IMG/VR virus record: IMGVR_UViG_3300013719_000006
Location: 12,652-76,651 of that record
Length of the DNA: 64,000 bases
Reading direction: 5' to 3' (one strand)
DNA from: a virus
Taxonomy: Duplodnaviria; Caudoviricetes
Made by a program: the position numbers and the translations under genes. Shown in pieces: positions 1-9,304 of the stretch; within the stretch, counting starts at the first letter, position 1, and each line of letters opens with the position of its first letter. The notes beneath the pieces are model-generated. The model was not told where the DNA came from and did no database searches. It saw only the letters and a program-made list of their open reading frames with translations.

Positions 1-178
1 TCACACGCTTTATTTTTTGCGCTCTATATTTAACCATTGTAACTTTTACTAGAAAATAAGGCTCGGCAATACATTTCGAATTAATGATTGATACAACTTT
101 CTAATGCAGCGCTCTAAAGCGCTGCATTTTATTGGGGATATATTCACTCTAAGAGTAAATAAAAAAGCATTTTTTCAT

Positions 179-1513
179 TCAGACCCCTCCTGACTCGGGT
201 ATGGTCATCTGGCCGGCCAACGACTGCACTGCCTGTCGCAGCATGCGGTAGTTCGACCAGCAAACCCGGTCTACCTGCTCCACCAGCCCGATGAACTCCT
301 GAACCGTGCATGGATGATCCACGCGCAAATCAGTCAGCGCGCCCGAGAACCTTTGCAGCTGCTCCGTTACCAGTTCTGGTTCATCATGCTGCTCTGAGAG
401 CCACTGTTTGATCGCCTGCTCGTCCTGGTGCTGCTGGATGAGGCGCAGAGCTGACTGGATGGTGTCCTGAGGGACAACTACGTGCTCAGGGTGCTCTACG
501 GAGTCAGCCGCCCATGTATGTGCATATTTGGACTCTGCATAGGTGTATTCATGTTTCATTTTGAACGCCGCCTGAACGCAGGCCCAGACCTCAACGCCAC
601 TCTGCTCCAGAATTTCGTGTTTCAGTAGTGGAAGGTCATCGCCATCACCATTCTCAGCTTTAGCGGGTGCCGGTTGTTCACTTACTGATTTGGTGACGCC
701 GTAATGCTCTCTGGCGAGCAGGATAATATCCATCAGCTCAGCTGCCTGCAGGTCAGTTTCAAACGTCAGCGTAATGCGTGCGCCCTCCTCGCTCTGCTCT
801 GTCTGACAGTGTTTAGCGATCAGTTCTGCCAGCTTGCGTGACTGGGCAGCACTGAACTGCGGCATAGCATCGGTCTTTGTCAGCTTCTTCTTCCCTGCCG
901 CCTTAGCTTTCTGCATCTGCTCCTGTGCAACCGATGAGGCTTTGACGCCATGTTCGCGCTGCAGGGCTACTGCTGTGGTTGCGGCCACTTCGCCGGACTT
1001 CACCATCTCAATCAGAGGCTCGCCAACGGTCAGCAGCTGGAGGTGCTGTTCAACATCGGTGATCGAACGCTTCACCTTGGCGGCGATCTCGGCTGGCTCT
1101 AAGCCCTGGTTAACGAGGCGCTGATAGGCTGCAGCACGTTCCAGCGGCAACAGGGCGCGGCCCTGACTACTGGTGACCATGAACGCCACGCTGTCAGCTT
1201 CATTTCCCACAAAGTCCTTACACTCAAGGCGCAGCGTAAAGCCCGCTTCCTGTGCCAGCTTCGCACCGTAATAACGGTGGTGGCCATCGATAACTTTAAT
1301 GCCCTTCTCGGTGACCTTAACAGCCAGCGGAGGCACATGCTCACCAGCGATAAAGGCATCGCGGAATTCCTCGACATGGGTCTGATCGATATCACGAATG
1401 TTGTAATTAGTTTCGACATACAGTTCATCAACGCCCACCAGGTAGGTTTTGCGGGTGGTGATATCGGTGTCGGAATTTTTCTTGTCGTCGTAAATGCGCG
1501 CTAATGTGCTCAT
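179..1513 (-). CDS. ParB/Srx-like N-terminal domain phage DNA-binding protein
   Basis: 445 aa; VIDGHHRY motif then HTH-like segment; start taken at MSTLARIY (1513). Confidence 0.7.
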   Translation of the reverse strand: MSTLARIYDDKKNSDTDITTRKTYLVGVDELYVETNYNIRDIDQTHVEEFRDAFIAGEHVPPLAVKVTEKGIKVIDGHHRYYGAKLAQEAGFTLRLECKDFVGNEADSVAFMVTSSQGRALLPLERAAAYQRLVNQGLEPAEIAAKVKRSITDVEQHLQLLTVGEPLIEMVKSGEVAATTAVALQREHGVKASSVAQEQMQKAKAAGKKKLTKTDAMPQFSAAQSRKLAELIAKHCQTEQSEEGARITLTFETDLQAAELMDIILLAREHYGVTKSVSEQPAPAKAENGDGDDLPLLKHEILEQSGVEVWACVQAAFKMKHEYTYAESKYAHTWAADSVEHPEHVVVPQDTIQSALRLIQQHQDEQAIKQWLSEQHDEPELVTEQLQRFSGALTDLRVDHPCTVQEFIGLVEQVDRVCWSNYRMLRQAVQSLAGQMTIPESGGV

Positions 1514-1628
1514 GCTGTGGTCAGCTCCCATGTCAGGACAATAATCAGGGCAAAAATCATCACTGCTGCTGTGCGGATGGCCCGGTAGAAAATCTCATTG
1601 CGTTGGTAGTGGCTCTTCAGGTGCGCTT

Positions 1629-2063
1629 TCATAACAAATCCCTGTTCACACTGGCTGAAATGATGCGCCCGGTGTCGAGTCCACCGTAGCTGCCACAGTT
1701 GAGTGAGCCTTTCGCAGCGCAGCGATCGCAGTTCTCTTTGGCTTCGTTGCGGGATGCCTCAAACTTGGCGACCAGCATTGCCTCACGCCAGACCTGTGCA
1801 GCACGAAGCCAGAACCCCTTTGCCTCCAGTTCGGCGGCCTGTGTCGCAAGATGGAGATGCTTTTCGCTCTCTTCCGGCAACGGTGTGGTGTTGATCGAAT
1901 AACTCCAGTCGCTGGCCCGCTTAAGCACTCCTCTGGTGAATAACGGTTTGATAAAGCGTTTCACTGAGGTTTCATGCAGGTCAGTCAGCTTGCAGATATC
2001 GCGAACTTTCAGCGGGCCTCTGCGGGTGATCAATTCAAGAATTTTTGATTCGTGGTTAACCAT
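1629..2063 (-). CDS. HTH plus PerC-family transcriptional regulator
   Basis: AAELEAKGFWLRAAQVWREAM...R..C PerC-like C-terminus. Confidence 0.7.
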   Translation of the reverse strand: MVNHESKILELITRRGPLKVRDICKLTDLHETSVKRFIKPLFTRGVLKRASDWSYSINTTPLPEESEKHLHLATQAAELEAKGFWLRAAQVWREAMLVAKFEASRNEAKENCDRCAAKGSLNCGSYGGLDTGRIISASVNRDLL

Positions 2064-2075
2064 GGTTCTCTCCCC

Positions 2076-2972
2076 TTATGCCCCGCGAAAGCCTTCAGGT
2101 ATCGCGTAGTCGGTTGACGAAACAGCCATCACATCGCGCTGCATGTTGCGCTTCAGTGCTTTCCACTCCGAACGCGGTGGACGGCCGGCTTTATCCCATT
2201 TAGTTGCTGACTGGAGATAGCCAGGCAGGTTGCCGGGGATAAACAGCGTTTTGGGGCGCATGTACTGGTATTCCTCAGTGCCTTCCCAGTGGGTGTGCTT
2301 GTAATCCACCACCAAGCACAGCTCTTCCACCGTAAATGCATCTTTCAGCCGGGATTTGATGTGGCCCATCGACGACTGCGCCTCTGTGTGCTTAGCGCCA
2401 GTAACTTTGTTTAGGTGGCGTAAGACTTCCCGAGAGCACTGAAGGATTGACCACTCATCGTCTGGTTGCGTCGCAACCTGACAAGAAGGGTTTGTTGTAA
2501 TCTCTGTAGTATTCTCTGTTGTATTCTCTGTAAGACGAGGGCAATTTGCCCCGATGGATGAGGGCATGTTGCCCTTATCGATAGGTGCAGGTTGCTCTAC
2601 TCGATTGGTGCAATTTGCATCCTTCGATGGGTGCAAATTGCCCTCATCGGTCAATAAAGGGTTTGCGTGGTTAATTGCGTAATAATTAGTCCGATCATGC
2701 TGAGATTTTTTCAGCTGCTCGACGAAAATCAAACCGTGCTTTTTGAGAGAGGTCAGAGCGCGTTTAACCGTGTCAGACGACCAGAATGGGAACTGATTAG
2801 TCCACTCTTCGATAGTGTTATATACCCAGCGTTTTCCGTCATATTCGACGCCAGATGTTGTATCTTCGAGCCAGTAGCAAATCTGCTGCAGCACAATGGC
2901 CTCATTCAGGCCAATACGCTGCGCAAGTACCGGGCTGATAACCAATGGCTTAACCTTCAGCAATAAACTCAT
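2076..2972 (-). CDS. Phage replication initiator with conserved phage C-terminal domain
   Basis: N-terminal LAQRIGLNEAIVLQQICYW; C-terminal YMRPKTLF; internal iterons. Confidence 0.85.
   Translation of the reverse strand: MSLLLKVKPLVISPVLAQRIGLNEAIVLQQICYWLEDTTSGVEYDGKRWVYNTIEEWTNQFPFWSSDTVKRALTSLKKHGLIFVEQLKKSQHDRTNYYAINHANPLLTDEGNLHPSKDANCTNRVEQPAPIDKGNMPSSIGANCPRLTENTTENTTEITTNPSCQVATQPDDEWSILQCSREVLRHLNKVTGAKHTEAQSSMGHIKSRLKDAFTVEELCLVVDYKHTHWEGTEEYQYMRPKTLFIPGNLPGYLQSATKWDKAGRPPRSEWKALKRNMQRDVMAVSSTDYAIPEGFRGA
2537..2651. repeat. Five tandem 23-bp iterons (probable prophage 1 origin)
   Basis: Units start at 2537, 2560, 2583, 2606, 2629 (e.g. GAGGGCAATTTGCCCCGATGGAT); period is not a multiple of 3 although inside a CDS. 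Confidence 0.75.
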
Positions 2973-3151
2973 GACGCCACCTTCCTGAACTTCTGACTAA
3001 ACAAAGCGCGGGGCTGCATGCATGGATGCGGATAGGTGGGGCGCATGTAAATCACGCGATGATTCACCACGTCTACGCCTACCGTTTCCACCACGACGCC
3101 CCGATGGTCCTTATAACGCTCCACCCAGGGTTTAATGATCTCGTTTTCCAT
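2969..3151 (-). CDS. DUF4222-like small phage protein
   Basis: RYKDHRGVVVETVGVD...RVIYMRPTYPHPC. Confidence 0.6.
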   Translation of the reverse strand: MENEIIKPWVERYKDHRGVVVETVGVDVVNHRVIYMRPTYPHPCMQPRALFSQKFRKVAS

Positions 3152-3339
3152 CAGTTCACACCTGACTGCGCCGGGCGGCGGTAAAACGATTTCCACGCTG
3201 CCTCAACTACCAGACGTGTGGTTGACTGGTAGTTGTTAGGGCCACCAGCGGTCGGTATGATTTGCTCATAGACAGGGACGCCAGCGATAACACGGCAACG
3301 GAATTGCCGAACTGCTTTGGTTTGGCTTACAATGGACAT
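3151..3339 (-). CDS. Hypothetical phage protein (62 aa)
   Basis: ATG at 3339 with GGAG upstream; abuts the next gene. Confidence 0.5.
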   Translation of the reverse strand: MSIVSQTKAVRQFRCRVIAGVPVYEQIIPTAGGPNNYQSTTRLVVEAAWKSFYRRPAQSGVN

Positions 3340-3433
3340 GCGATTGATTCTCCACACACGTTGATTTAGTCGCGACCGACGCTCAGGGCTGCAATCCCTG
3401 GGCGTCACTTTTTTGGGGCTTAAACTTTTCATC

Positions 3434-3970
3434 TCAAATATCCTGCGCTTCGATCTGCACACCTGACGCATCAATCTTCCTGCCGTTCGCCACGAACATA
3501 TCCACTGAGTGCTCAGCAACGCCGACGCCATACAACGCCATGAAGCCAAGAAAACCGTGAATCTGGTGACGCATTTTTTTGTGGAACAACGCGGACAGGG
3601 TTTTGCGCTCTTTGCTGTCGATGACACCGTCAGACGCGGCGGCAATTTTGGCGATCGCTAACTCACCAGCTGCTGCGCTCGTTTTCATTTCGATGTCGTA
3701 CAAATCGACCTTATCGACCTCTTTAACCGCGGATACATCCACCAGCAGTTTTCCGTGACGTGCCGCGAAAAAGTCTGCCAGGCATGCGGTACCAGATAAC
3801 TCTTCCATCTTCATGAGTTCATCCAGGGTGAAGAAACGACTGCCACATTTGCGGTACATGTGGTTGTGAAACTGATCGATGGTCATGCCTAAGTCATCGG
3901 CCATACCTAAACGACCCGCTTTATGTGCCTTGCACATCAGCCGAATTGCTGTGTTGATTGTGTCTACCAT
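3434..3970 (-). CDS. YmfL-family (CII-position) regulatory protein
   Basis: Directly after cro; GMADDLGMT...FFTLDEL pattern. Confidence 0.65.
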   Translation of the reverse strand: MVDTINTAIRLMCKAHKAGRLGMADDLGMTIDQFHNHMYRKCGSRFFTLDELMKMEELSGTACLADFFAARHGKLLVDVSAVKEVDKVDLYDIEMKTSAAAGELAIAKIAAASDGVIDSKERKTLSALFHKKMRHQIHGFLGFMALYGVGVAEHSVDMFVANGRKIDASGVQIEAQDI

Positions 3971-3994
3971 TTCAATCTCCGTTGGTAGTTCCAG

Positions 3995-4192
3995 TTAGGC
4001 CGTTTGGCCTGTATCTTTTTGGTACAACGACGCATCGAAGCGCAGTTTGCCTTTGGTGATTTTTTCGATCTGGTATGCACGACCCTCAGGAATTACTTCC
4101 GGCCACTCAGAAACTGACGGATGTTTAATTCCTAAAACTGCTGCGGTTTTACATACCCCTCCAAAGAATTTGATAACGTCCTGCTTCCTCAT
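3995..4192 (-). CDS. cro: Cro-like repressor
   Basis: MRKQDVIKFFGGVCKTAAVLGIKHPSVSEW HTH, divergent from cI; start corrected from the ORF track. Confidence 0.85.
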   Translation of the reverse strand: MRKQDVIKFFGGVCKTAAVLGIKHPSVSEWPEVIPEGRAYQIEKITKGKLRFDASLYQKDTGQTA

Positions 4193-4229
4193 GAGAGCAA
4201 TTCCTTTAATGGGTTGGCGTGGTACACAA

Positions 4230-4292
4230 TGTAGGATATCCAACATATGAATGTCAAGATTCTTACCTACGATTTTGGTAGGATTGCCTACA
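4230..4292. promoter_or_regulatory. Prophage 1 oR operators
   Basis: Palindromes TGTAGGATATCCAACA (4230-4245) and GGTAGGATTGCCTACA (4277-4292). Confidence 0.75.
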
Positions 4293-4945
4293 TGATGAAC
4301 ATGGGTGAACGTATCCGCCAAAAGCGGAAAGAACTTAATCTCACGCAACAAGCACTGGCAGAAAAGGCCGGTGTAAATCGTGTGACTGTTACTGGCTGGG
4401 AGAAGGATGATTACCAGCCGAACGGGGCTAACCTTCAGGCATTAGCGGACGCTCTGAAATGCGATCCTACCTGGCTGGTTAGTGGTAAAGGAGAAGCCGC
4501 AGCAACCCCATTACTGAGGCCTGTTCAGGTCAGCGCTAAAGAGGTGCCGTTAATTTCATGGGTACAAGCTGGCACTTGGACAGCTACCGACCCAGGAATA
4601 ACACGCGACGAAGCGATCATGTGGCTGTACACCACAGCATCAGTCTCTGATAAAGCCTTTGCTCTACGGGTTCGTGGCGACTCAATGACAAACCCTCACG
4701 GTAACCCCACTATTCCTGAAGATTCAATTGTCATTGTTGAACCTGAGATTCATGATGTTGCGGCAATCAACGGAAAGATTGTTGTCGCTCATATTGATGG
4801 CGGATCAGAAGCAACTTTGAAAAAATTTGTAGAGGATTTCCCCCACCGTTACCTTGTTCCTCTCAACCCTAATTACAAAACTATTGAATGCGATGGGAAC
4901 TGCCGCATTGTCGGGCTAGTAAAGCAAGTCATCATAGAGTTTTAA
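4292..4945 (+). CDS. cI: CI-like repressor (HTH plus S24 peptidase)
   Basis: N-terminal HTH, VRGDSM serine motif, ATLKK lysine motif; no SD upstream, probably leaderless. Confidence 0.9.
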   Translation: MMNMGERIRQKRKELNLTQQALAEKAGVNRVTVTGWEKDDYQPNGANLQALADALKCDPTWLVSGKGEAAATPLLRPVQVSAKEVPLISWVQAGTWTATDPGITRDEAIMWLYTTASVSDKAFALRVRGDSMTNPHGNPTIPEDSIVIVEPEIHDVAAINGKIVVAHIDGGSEATLKKFVEDFPHRYLVPLNPNYKTIECDGNCRIVGLVKQVIIEF

Positions 4946-4999
4946 TTCCCCCGCTCAAAAACACAGCCGGATATCACATCCGGTTTTTTTTGCCTTCCA

Positions 5000-5052
5000 T
5001 GTAGGATTTCCTACAAATACACTTGACACCCCATTGTTGGTTATCCTACATT
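5000..5052 (+). promoter_or_regulatory. Prophage 1 pL promoter and oL operators
   Basis: TGTAGGATTTCCTACA (5000-5015), TGTTGGTTATCCTACA (5035-5050), TTGACA-18-TACATT. Confidence 0.8.
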
Positions 5053-5123
5053 AAACCCAACAAAGAGGTTGCCGGTCATAATCGCCTCTTACAAATCAGG
5101 CGGAAATCTCTTAAGAGGCGGCA

Positions 5124-5279
5124 ATGAGGATGATCAAGAACATGTCGAACACCAGCTTTTGGGACCTGATTACCTTTCTTTACCTCTTCCCGGATGCTGA
5201 GTTGGTTTGTGACGGTGATATCGGTGTAGTGACCATGCAGTGCGGTAGTGAAAGCCTGGCTTACGGGCCAGCGTTCTAA
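5124..5279 (+). CDS. Small hypothetical protein (51 aa), first pL gene
   Basis: MRMIKNMSNTSFWDLITFLYLFPDAELVCDG...; AAGAGG upstream; not in the ORF track. Confidence 0.55.
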   Translation: MRMIKNMSNTSFWDLITFLYLFPDAELVCDGDIGVVTMQCGSESLAYGPAF

Positions 5280-5347
5280 GGGTACGAAATTGCTGTGTTG
5301 GCGGTTACTCATGAAGGTTTGTTTAACCGCCCTTTTTTCATAACGGT

Positions 5348-5690
5348 GAGAGCATTGCAAGAGCTGGAGCATGGGCAGCTATCAGGCGGGCGTGAGAACC
5401 TTTTTACCTGATAGCTGCAATTAAGCAGTGCTCTCCCCGTTGTGGTGAATGCGGCCAGCGCGCGCGGAAGACTGACAAAGATTGCACACAGTCTAAGAGT
5501 TTCCGCTCTGGTGTTTGTCAGTCTGACCAGAGCACCGGGAGGCACCCGGCACCGCAGCAACCTTTCAAGTGTGTGGAGTAATCGGGCTGTGGGTTATTGC
5601 AGTAACCCACCAGCCAATTTAAACGAATCCCAAAAGTTTTTTATTGCCGTCACTGGCAAGGGATTCATGCAACCAAAAATCGTGTGTGGA
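5348..5690 (+). ncRNA. Multi-domain structured RNA leader in the prophage 1 pL operon
   Basis: Several 8-12 bp inverted repeats in a region without a convincing ORF. Confidence 0.45.
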
Positions 5691-5697
5691 GAGTTTC

Positions 5698-5862
5698 ATG
5701 GAAAAGCCTAACGACCATATCACTGTCGGCATCATTACCCTGCCCTACAGCCATATCCTGAACGGCTGGATTATGCCTGATGGCTCGGTAATCAGTAATC
5801 CCATTAAGGCGCAGCGTGAAGCAGAGCGGCTTAATAAAACCATCAACATCACCATCCACTGA
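5698..5862 (+). CDS. DUF1317-family protein
   Basis: HITVGIITLPYSHILNGWIMPDGSVISNP. Confidence 0.7.
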   Translation: MEKPNDHITVGIITLPYSHILNGWIMPDGSVISNPIKAQREAERLNKTINITIH

Positions 5863-5873
5863 GGGCCGGCAAC

Positions 5874-6317
5874 ATGCTTTCTTTCAAATCAAATAAAGAA
5901 GTTGTGGCAGCTGGCCACCAGTTCGCCAAAAACATAGGCAAGGAAACCTCACTGCTGGAGATGGCAAAGATGGTTACGGAGCTGGCGTCTCGTCTCGACG
6001 TTGCCAACGTCCGAGCCAGCCTGATGGCTGCAGAGGTTCTGCGTATCAATAGCGTTCTTCCTGACACCATCACTGCACTTCAGTTGGCCGGCGCAGATAT
6101 GACCCTGATTGACGACCTCAATGCAGCAATGGCCACGCCAGCCAGCGATCAGTGGATTCGCACCCTCCGCGGTGAAGCGTTCGGAGAAGCACGACGCGCC
6201 ATTTCAACACTGGGTAACCACCAGCAGCCCGGCATTTCACACGCGATCAACATCCTCTCCCAAATGGAAATGGATTTACTGCGCTCACGTCCGGTAACCC
6301 TGAAGGTGGTGTCATGA
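5874..6317 (+). CDS. Hypothetical phage protein
   Basis: 147-aa ORF with GAGG RBS, in operon. Confidence 0.6.
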   Translation: MLSFKSNKEVVAAGHQFAKNIGKETSLLEMAKMVTELASRLDVANVRASLMAAEVLRINSVLPDTITALQLAGADMTLIDDLNAAMATPASDQWIRTLRGEAFGEARRAISTLGNHQQPGISHAINILSQMEMDLLRSRPVTLKVVS

Positions 6318-6727
6318 AAAAGGTCGCACAATTTCGCCGCAGCACAGGCCCCAATGCGGGTTTCAGTGAAAAGTTGGCCTGGCAATTATCAAAAGGCCCG
6401 GCTACAGGCAGCGAACTGGCAGCACGTCTCGGCATGACGCTGCGTGAGTTTAATCGTTTAGTCCTTCACATCATGCGCCGCGGTGGTGAAACCCTTCAGG
6501 TTGAGGCATCCAATCAGGTCTGTCTCGGTGGTGGCTCCATTGACCGCACGTACACCCTGGTCAGAAAGCCGCGCCGTGTTGCTCCACCGCCATGTAAGCC
6601 AATGGTTATCAACTACAGCAACGACCGTTCTGAAGAGGCTATTAAGCGCCATCGTGAAGCAGCCGCACGCCGTGCTCGTCTGATTGCCAGCGGGCTGTAT
6701 CTGGAATGTATTGGGAGTGCTGAATGA
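6314..6727 (+). CDS. Hypothetical phage protein (winged-HTH-like)
   Basis: ATGA overlap; ATGSELAARLGMT motif. Confidence 0.55.
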   Translation: MKKVAQFRRSTGPNAGFSEKLAWQLSKGPATGSELAARLGMTLREFNRLVLHIMRRGGETLQVEASNQVCLGGGSIDRTYTLVRKPRRVAPPPCKPMVINYSNDRSEEAIKRHREAAARRARLIASGLYLECIGSAE

Positions 6728-7452
6728 TGGATGCAACCGCCAAAAAGAAATACCTCTCCAAAATACAAAAATTGATGCGCCTGGCTGAGAACACCAGCAG
6801 CCCTGCAGAAGCCGCCAGTGCCATGTCAAAAGCGCAGGCATTCATGCGGGAGCATGGCCTGAGTGAATCAGAGGTCGTGTTCTCTGAAATTAGCACCAGC
6901 GAAAGCAAAAGTTCTCCGAGCGATGCTGAGAAGCTGCCTCGCTACATGATCTTCCTGACTCAAACCATCGAAAAGGCCTTCGCCGTGAAAAGCCTTGTAA
7001 GCTGGAGAGTAACCTCTGGCTACCGCTATAAACGCGTCGTTAAATTTTATGGGTTGGATAACCGTGATGTTGCAGCTGCATACATCTTTGACGTTCTGAC
7101 GCGCCAGATTAAGCAGGCGCGAAAAAAATTCATCAATGACCACTGCGAAAGCTGGCTTGCCCCAAAACGTAAGTCGGCATTAGCTGACCAGTTTTGCGAG
7201 GGCTGGGCCTCTGGAGCCTATCACGCAGTGAAAGAGCTGGTTATTGATGAAGAGCAGGAAGCCAAAATGAGCGCCTACGCGGAGAAGTTACGGGATGAGG
7301 GTGTTGGAAACGCTAAGGCCCGCAACAGCAAAAATGCTGATAAACCCTCTCATGCCAAATGTCTGGGCTATCAAGAGGGCATGCACGCAAAAGTTTTCCA
7401 TGGTGTCGATGGCAGCAGCAATTGCCCTGCGTTAATCGGTATGGGGGAATGA
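6724..7452 (+). CDS. DUF2786-domain protein
   Basis: KIQKLMRLAENTSSPAEAASAMSKAQAFMREHGL. Confidence 0.7.
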   Translation: MMDATAKKKYLSKIQKLMRLAENTSSPAEAASAMSKAQAFMREHGLSESEVVFSEISTSESKSSPSDAEKLPRYMIFLTQTIEKAFAVKSLVSWRVTSGYRYKRVVKFYGLDNRDVAAAYIFDVLTRQIKQARKKFINDHCESWLAPKRKSALADQFCEGWASGAYHAVKELVIDEEQEAKMSAYAEKLRDEGVGNAKARNSKNADKPSHAKCLGYQEGMHAKVFHGVDGSSNCPALIGMGE

Positions 7453-8153
7453 CTATGCGTGAACGCCCAATCATCTTTAACGCCGACATGGTTCGTGCAG
7501 TTCTCGACGGCAGAAAGACGCAGACGCGCCGGATCATGCGCGAGCAGCCTGAAGTTATCCCGAAAGAAGATGAGTTTGACCAGCCGGGTTTCTGGATTCC
7601 GTTTAATGCAGGCAAAACGATGGTGCGCAATGAGGACATGTACATTGCCTGCCCGTTCGGTTTGAAGGGTGATCGCCTGTGGGTGCGTGAGACGTGGTCT
7701 GTCGTTAGCCATGCATTTGATGATGATGGTCTGATGATTGATTACGCTCCTGACCGTCCGGCAAAGGCCGTGCATGAGAAGCCGTTCGGCAGGGGCTATT
7801 ACTCTGGTCACGCTATTTACGCTGCTGACGGCGGTTTTACGTGGGGGGACGATGATGGTTGCGTTGATGGCCGGTCATGTTGGAAGCCATCTATCCACAT
7901 GCCGCGCTGGGCTTCCCGCATAACGCTGGAGATTACCGGCGTTCGTGTGGAGCGGTTGAATAGCATGACCGAGAGTGATGCGCTTGCTGAAGGGTGTAAT
8001 GGCGGTCACGACTCTATCCCCGGCTACATGTACAGCGCCACGCCACATGAACACTTCCATCATGTCTGGCAATCCATCTACGGCGCTGACAGCTGGCAGG
8101 CTAATCCGTGGGTGTGGGTTATTGAGTTTACGCGCGTGGAGGGTGACCAGTGA
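7449..8153 (+). CDS. ASCH-like phage protein
   Basis: IIFNADMVRAVLDGRKTQTRR...GDRLWVRET...WKPSIHMPRWASRI. Confidence 0.7.
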   Translation: MTMRERPIIFNADMVRAVLDGRKTQTRRIMREQPEVIPKEDEFDQPGFWIPFNAGKTMVRNEDMYIACPFGLKGDRLWVRETWSVVSHAFDDDGLMIDYAPDRPAKAVHEKPFGRGYYSGHAIYAADGGFTWGDDDGCVDGRSCWKPSIHMPRWASRITLEITGVRVERLNSMTESDALAEGCNGGHDSIPGYMYSATPHEHFHHVWQSIYGADSWQANPWVWVIEFTRVEGDQ

Positions 8154-8737
8154 ACACAGAACAGAAACAGGCGCTGATTGGGCTCTGCAAAATTGAGATT
8201 AAGCGCTGGAAGGCTGCATCAGAGTCTGACCCTAACAGGCGATACATGGTTGAGTTGATGGGGGTCGCTCTGTCCGCACTGACTGCTGAGCCAGTAGCAG
8301 ACGTAGTTAGCTGGAATCATCCAGTTGAGAATAGAACGTGTGCCGTTCAGTTGCGCCGCTTTGATTTATTGCCAGGTGAGCTATTCACCGCCCCGCCAGC
8401 ACCCGCCGCTGACCTGGCTGATTTGCTGCCGGATGTTGAAAAGTGGCGCTCACCTGAAGCCGTCCGGGCGCAGATGGCGTACAGGAATCTGGTTGAGAAA
8501 GCGATTGCCACCGAGGCAGCCGTGCCGGTAGCAGCTCATGATGGCTGGAAGCTGGTACCCGTCGAGCCTACAAAAGAGATGGTAGCGGCCGGGCAAGACA
8601 AGTTTGAGGAGTGTATCGATTCTGGTTTCGATAGCGGTGAAGATGGCTCAACGCACGAATACAGCAAAATATCATCGGATGCACCTTACCTGGTTTACCT
8701 CGCCATGTTGGCAGCAGCACCGGAGGTGGGAAAATGA
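8150..8737 (+). CDS. Ea/Ead-region accessory protein
   Basis: GWKLVPVEPTKEMVAAG...YLAMLAAAP modules typical of this region. Confidence 0.55.
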   Translation: MNTEQKQALIGLCKIEIKRWKAASESDPNRRYMVELMGVALSALTAEPVADVVSWNHPVENRTCAVQLRRFDLLPGELFTAPPAPAADLADLLPDVEKWRSPEAVRAQMAYRNLVEKAIATEAAVPVAAHDGWKLVPVEPTKEMVAAGQDKFEECIDSGFDSGEDGSTHEYSKISSDAPYLVYLAMLAAAPEVGK

Positions 8738-9078
8738 ATTACAGCAAGCTGACAGACGGTGAAATCAGTGTGCTGGTCTGCAGGCTGGAAAATCCAAAGT
8801 ACGAGGCGGAGGTGCACCCCCATAATCCAAAGGGTGCTCAGTACACGCGGAGCTTCGGCAGCATCAGCCATAAGTACACCTTCTGCCCGTGCTCACGAAG
8901 TGAAGATGGATTTCAGATTGCAGTGCGGAACCGGATCGCTATTGCGCCGGCATCAAAAACAACGTGGGAAGCGAGACACGAAAGCGGCGCGACAGCCCGT
9001 CACAAAAACCCGCTAAGAGCAGCGATGATCGTGTATCTGATGATTAGAGATTTTGAGGAGGGCAACAATGCAAGCTGA
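8734..9078 (+). CDS. NinX-family (DUF2591) protein
   Basis: YSKLTDGEI...KNPLRAAMIVYL. Confidence 0.65.
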   Translation: MNYSKLTDGEISVLVCRLENPKYEAEVHPHNPKGAQYTRSFGSISHKYTFCPCSRSEDGFQIAVRNRIAIAPASKTTWEARHESGATARHKNPLRAAMIVYLMIRDFEEGNNAS

Positions 9079-9304
9079 TGAAATCATGCTCACACCTGAC
9101 GTTCTGAAGCGTTACAAGATTTCTCGCAGCACACTTTACTTCTGGAGTACGCCAGAGAGAATGCCAGCATGCTTCGGTCGCCCTTTCCCCAAGCCAACGA
9201 TCGGGGGAAGCCCTAAGCGCTGGCGAGGAGCGGACCTGCTGAAATGGGAAGAGGAGGTTAATATTATGCCAGCCGGCACGCAATCACCTTCTCCAGGTGC
9301 CTGA
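9068..9304 (+). CDS. xis: Excisionase (AlpA-like wHTH)
   Basis: DVLKRYKISRSTLYFW...FPKP...RW; convergent with int, 41-nt overlap. Confidence 0.8.
   Translation: MQADEIMLTPDVLKRYKISRSTLYFWSTPERMPACFGRPFPKPTIGGSPKRWRGADLLKWEEEVNIMPAGTQSPSPGA

Noticed and set aside
2499-2532. Short tandem repeat encoding ENTTENTTEITT
   Set aside because: Common low-complexity linker of phage initiators; in frame.
5076-5711. ORF-track ORFs 5076-5372, 5309-5560 and 5442-5711 as genes
   Set aside because: They lack RBS and motifs and overlap dense RNA stems; treated as non-coding.
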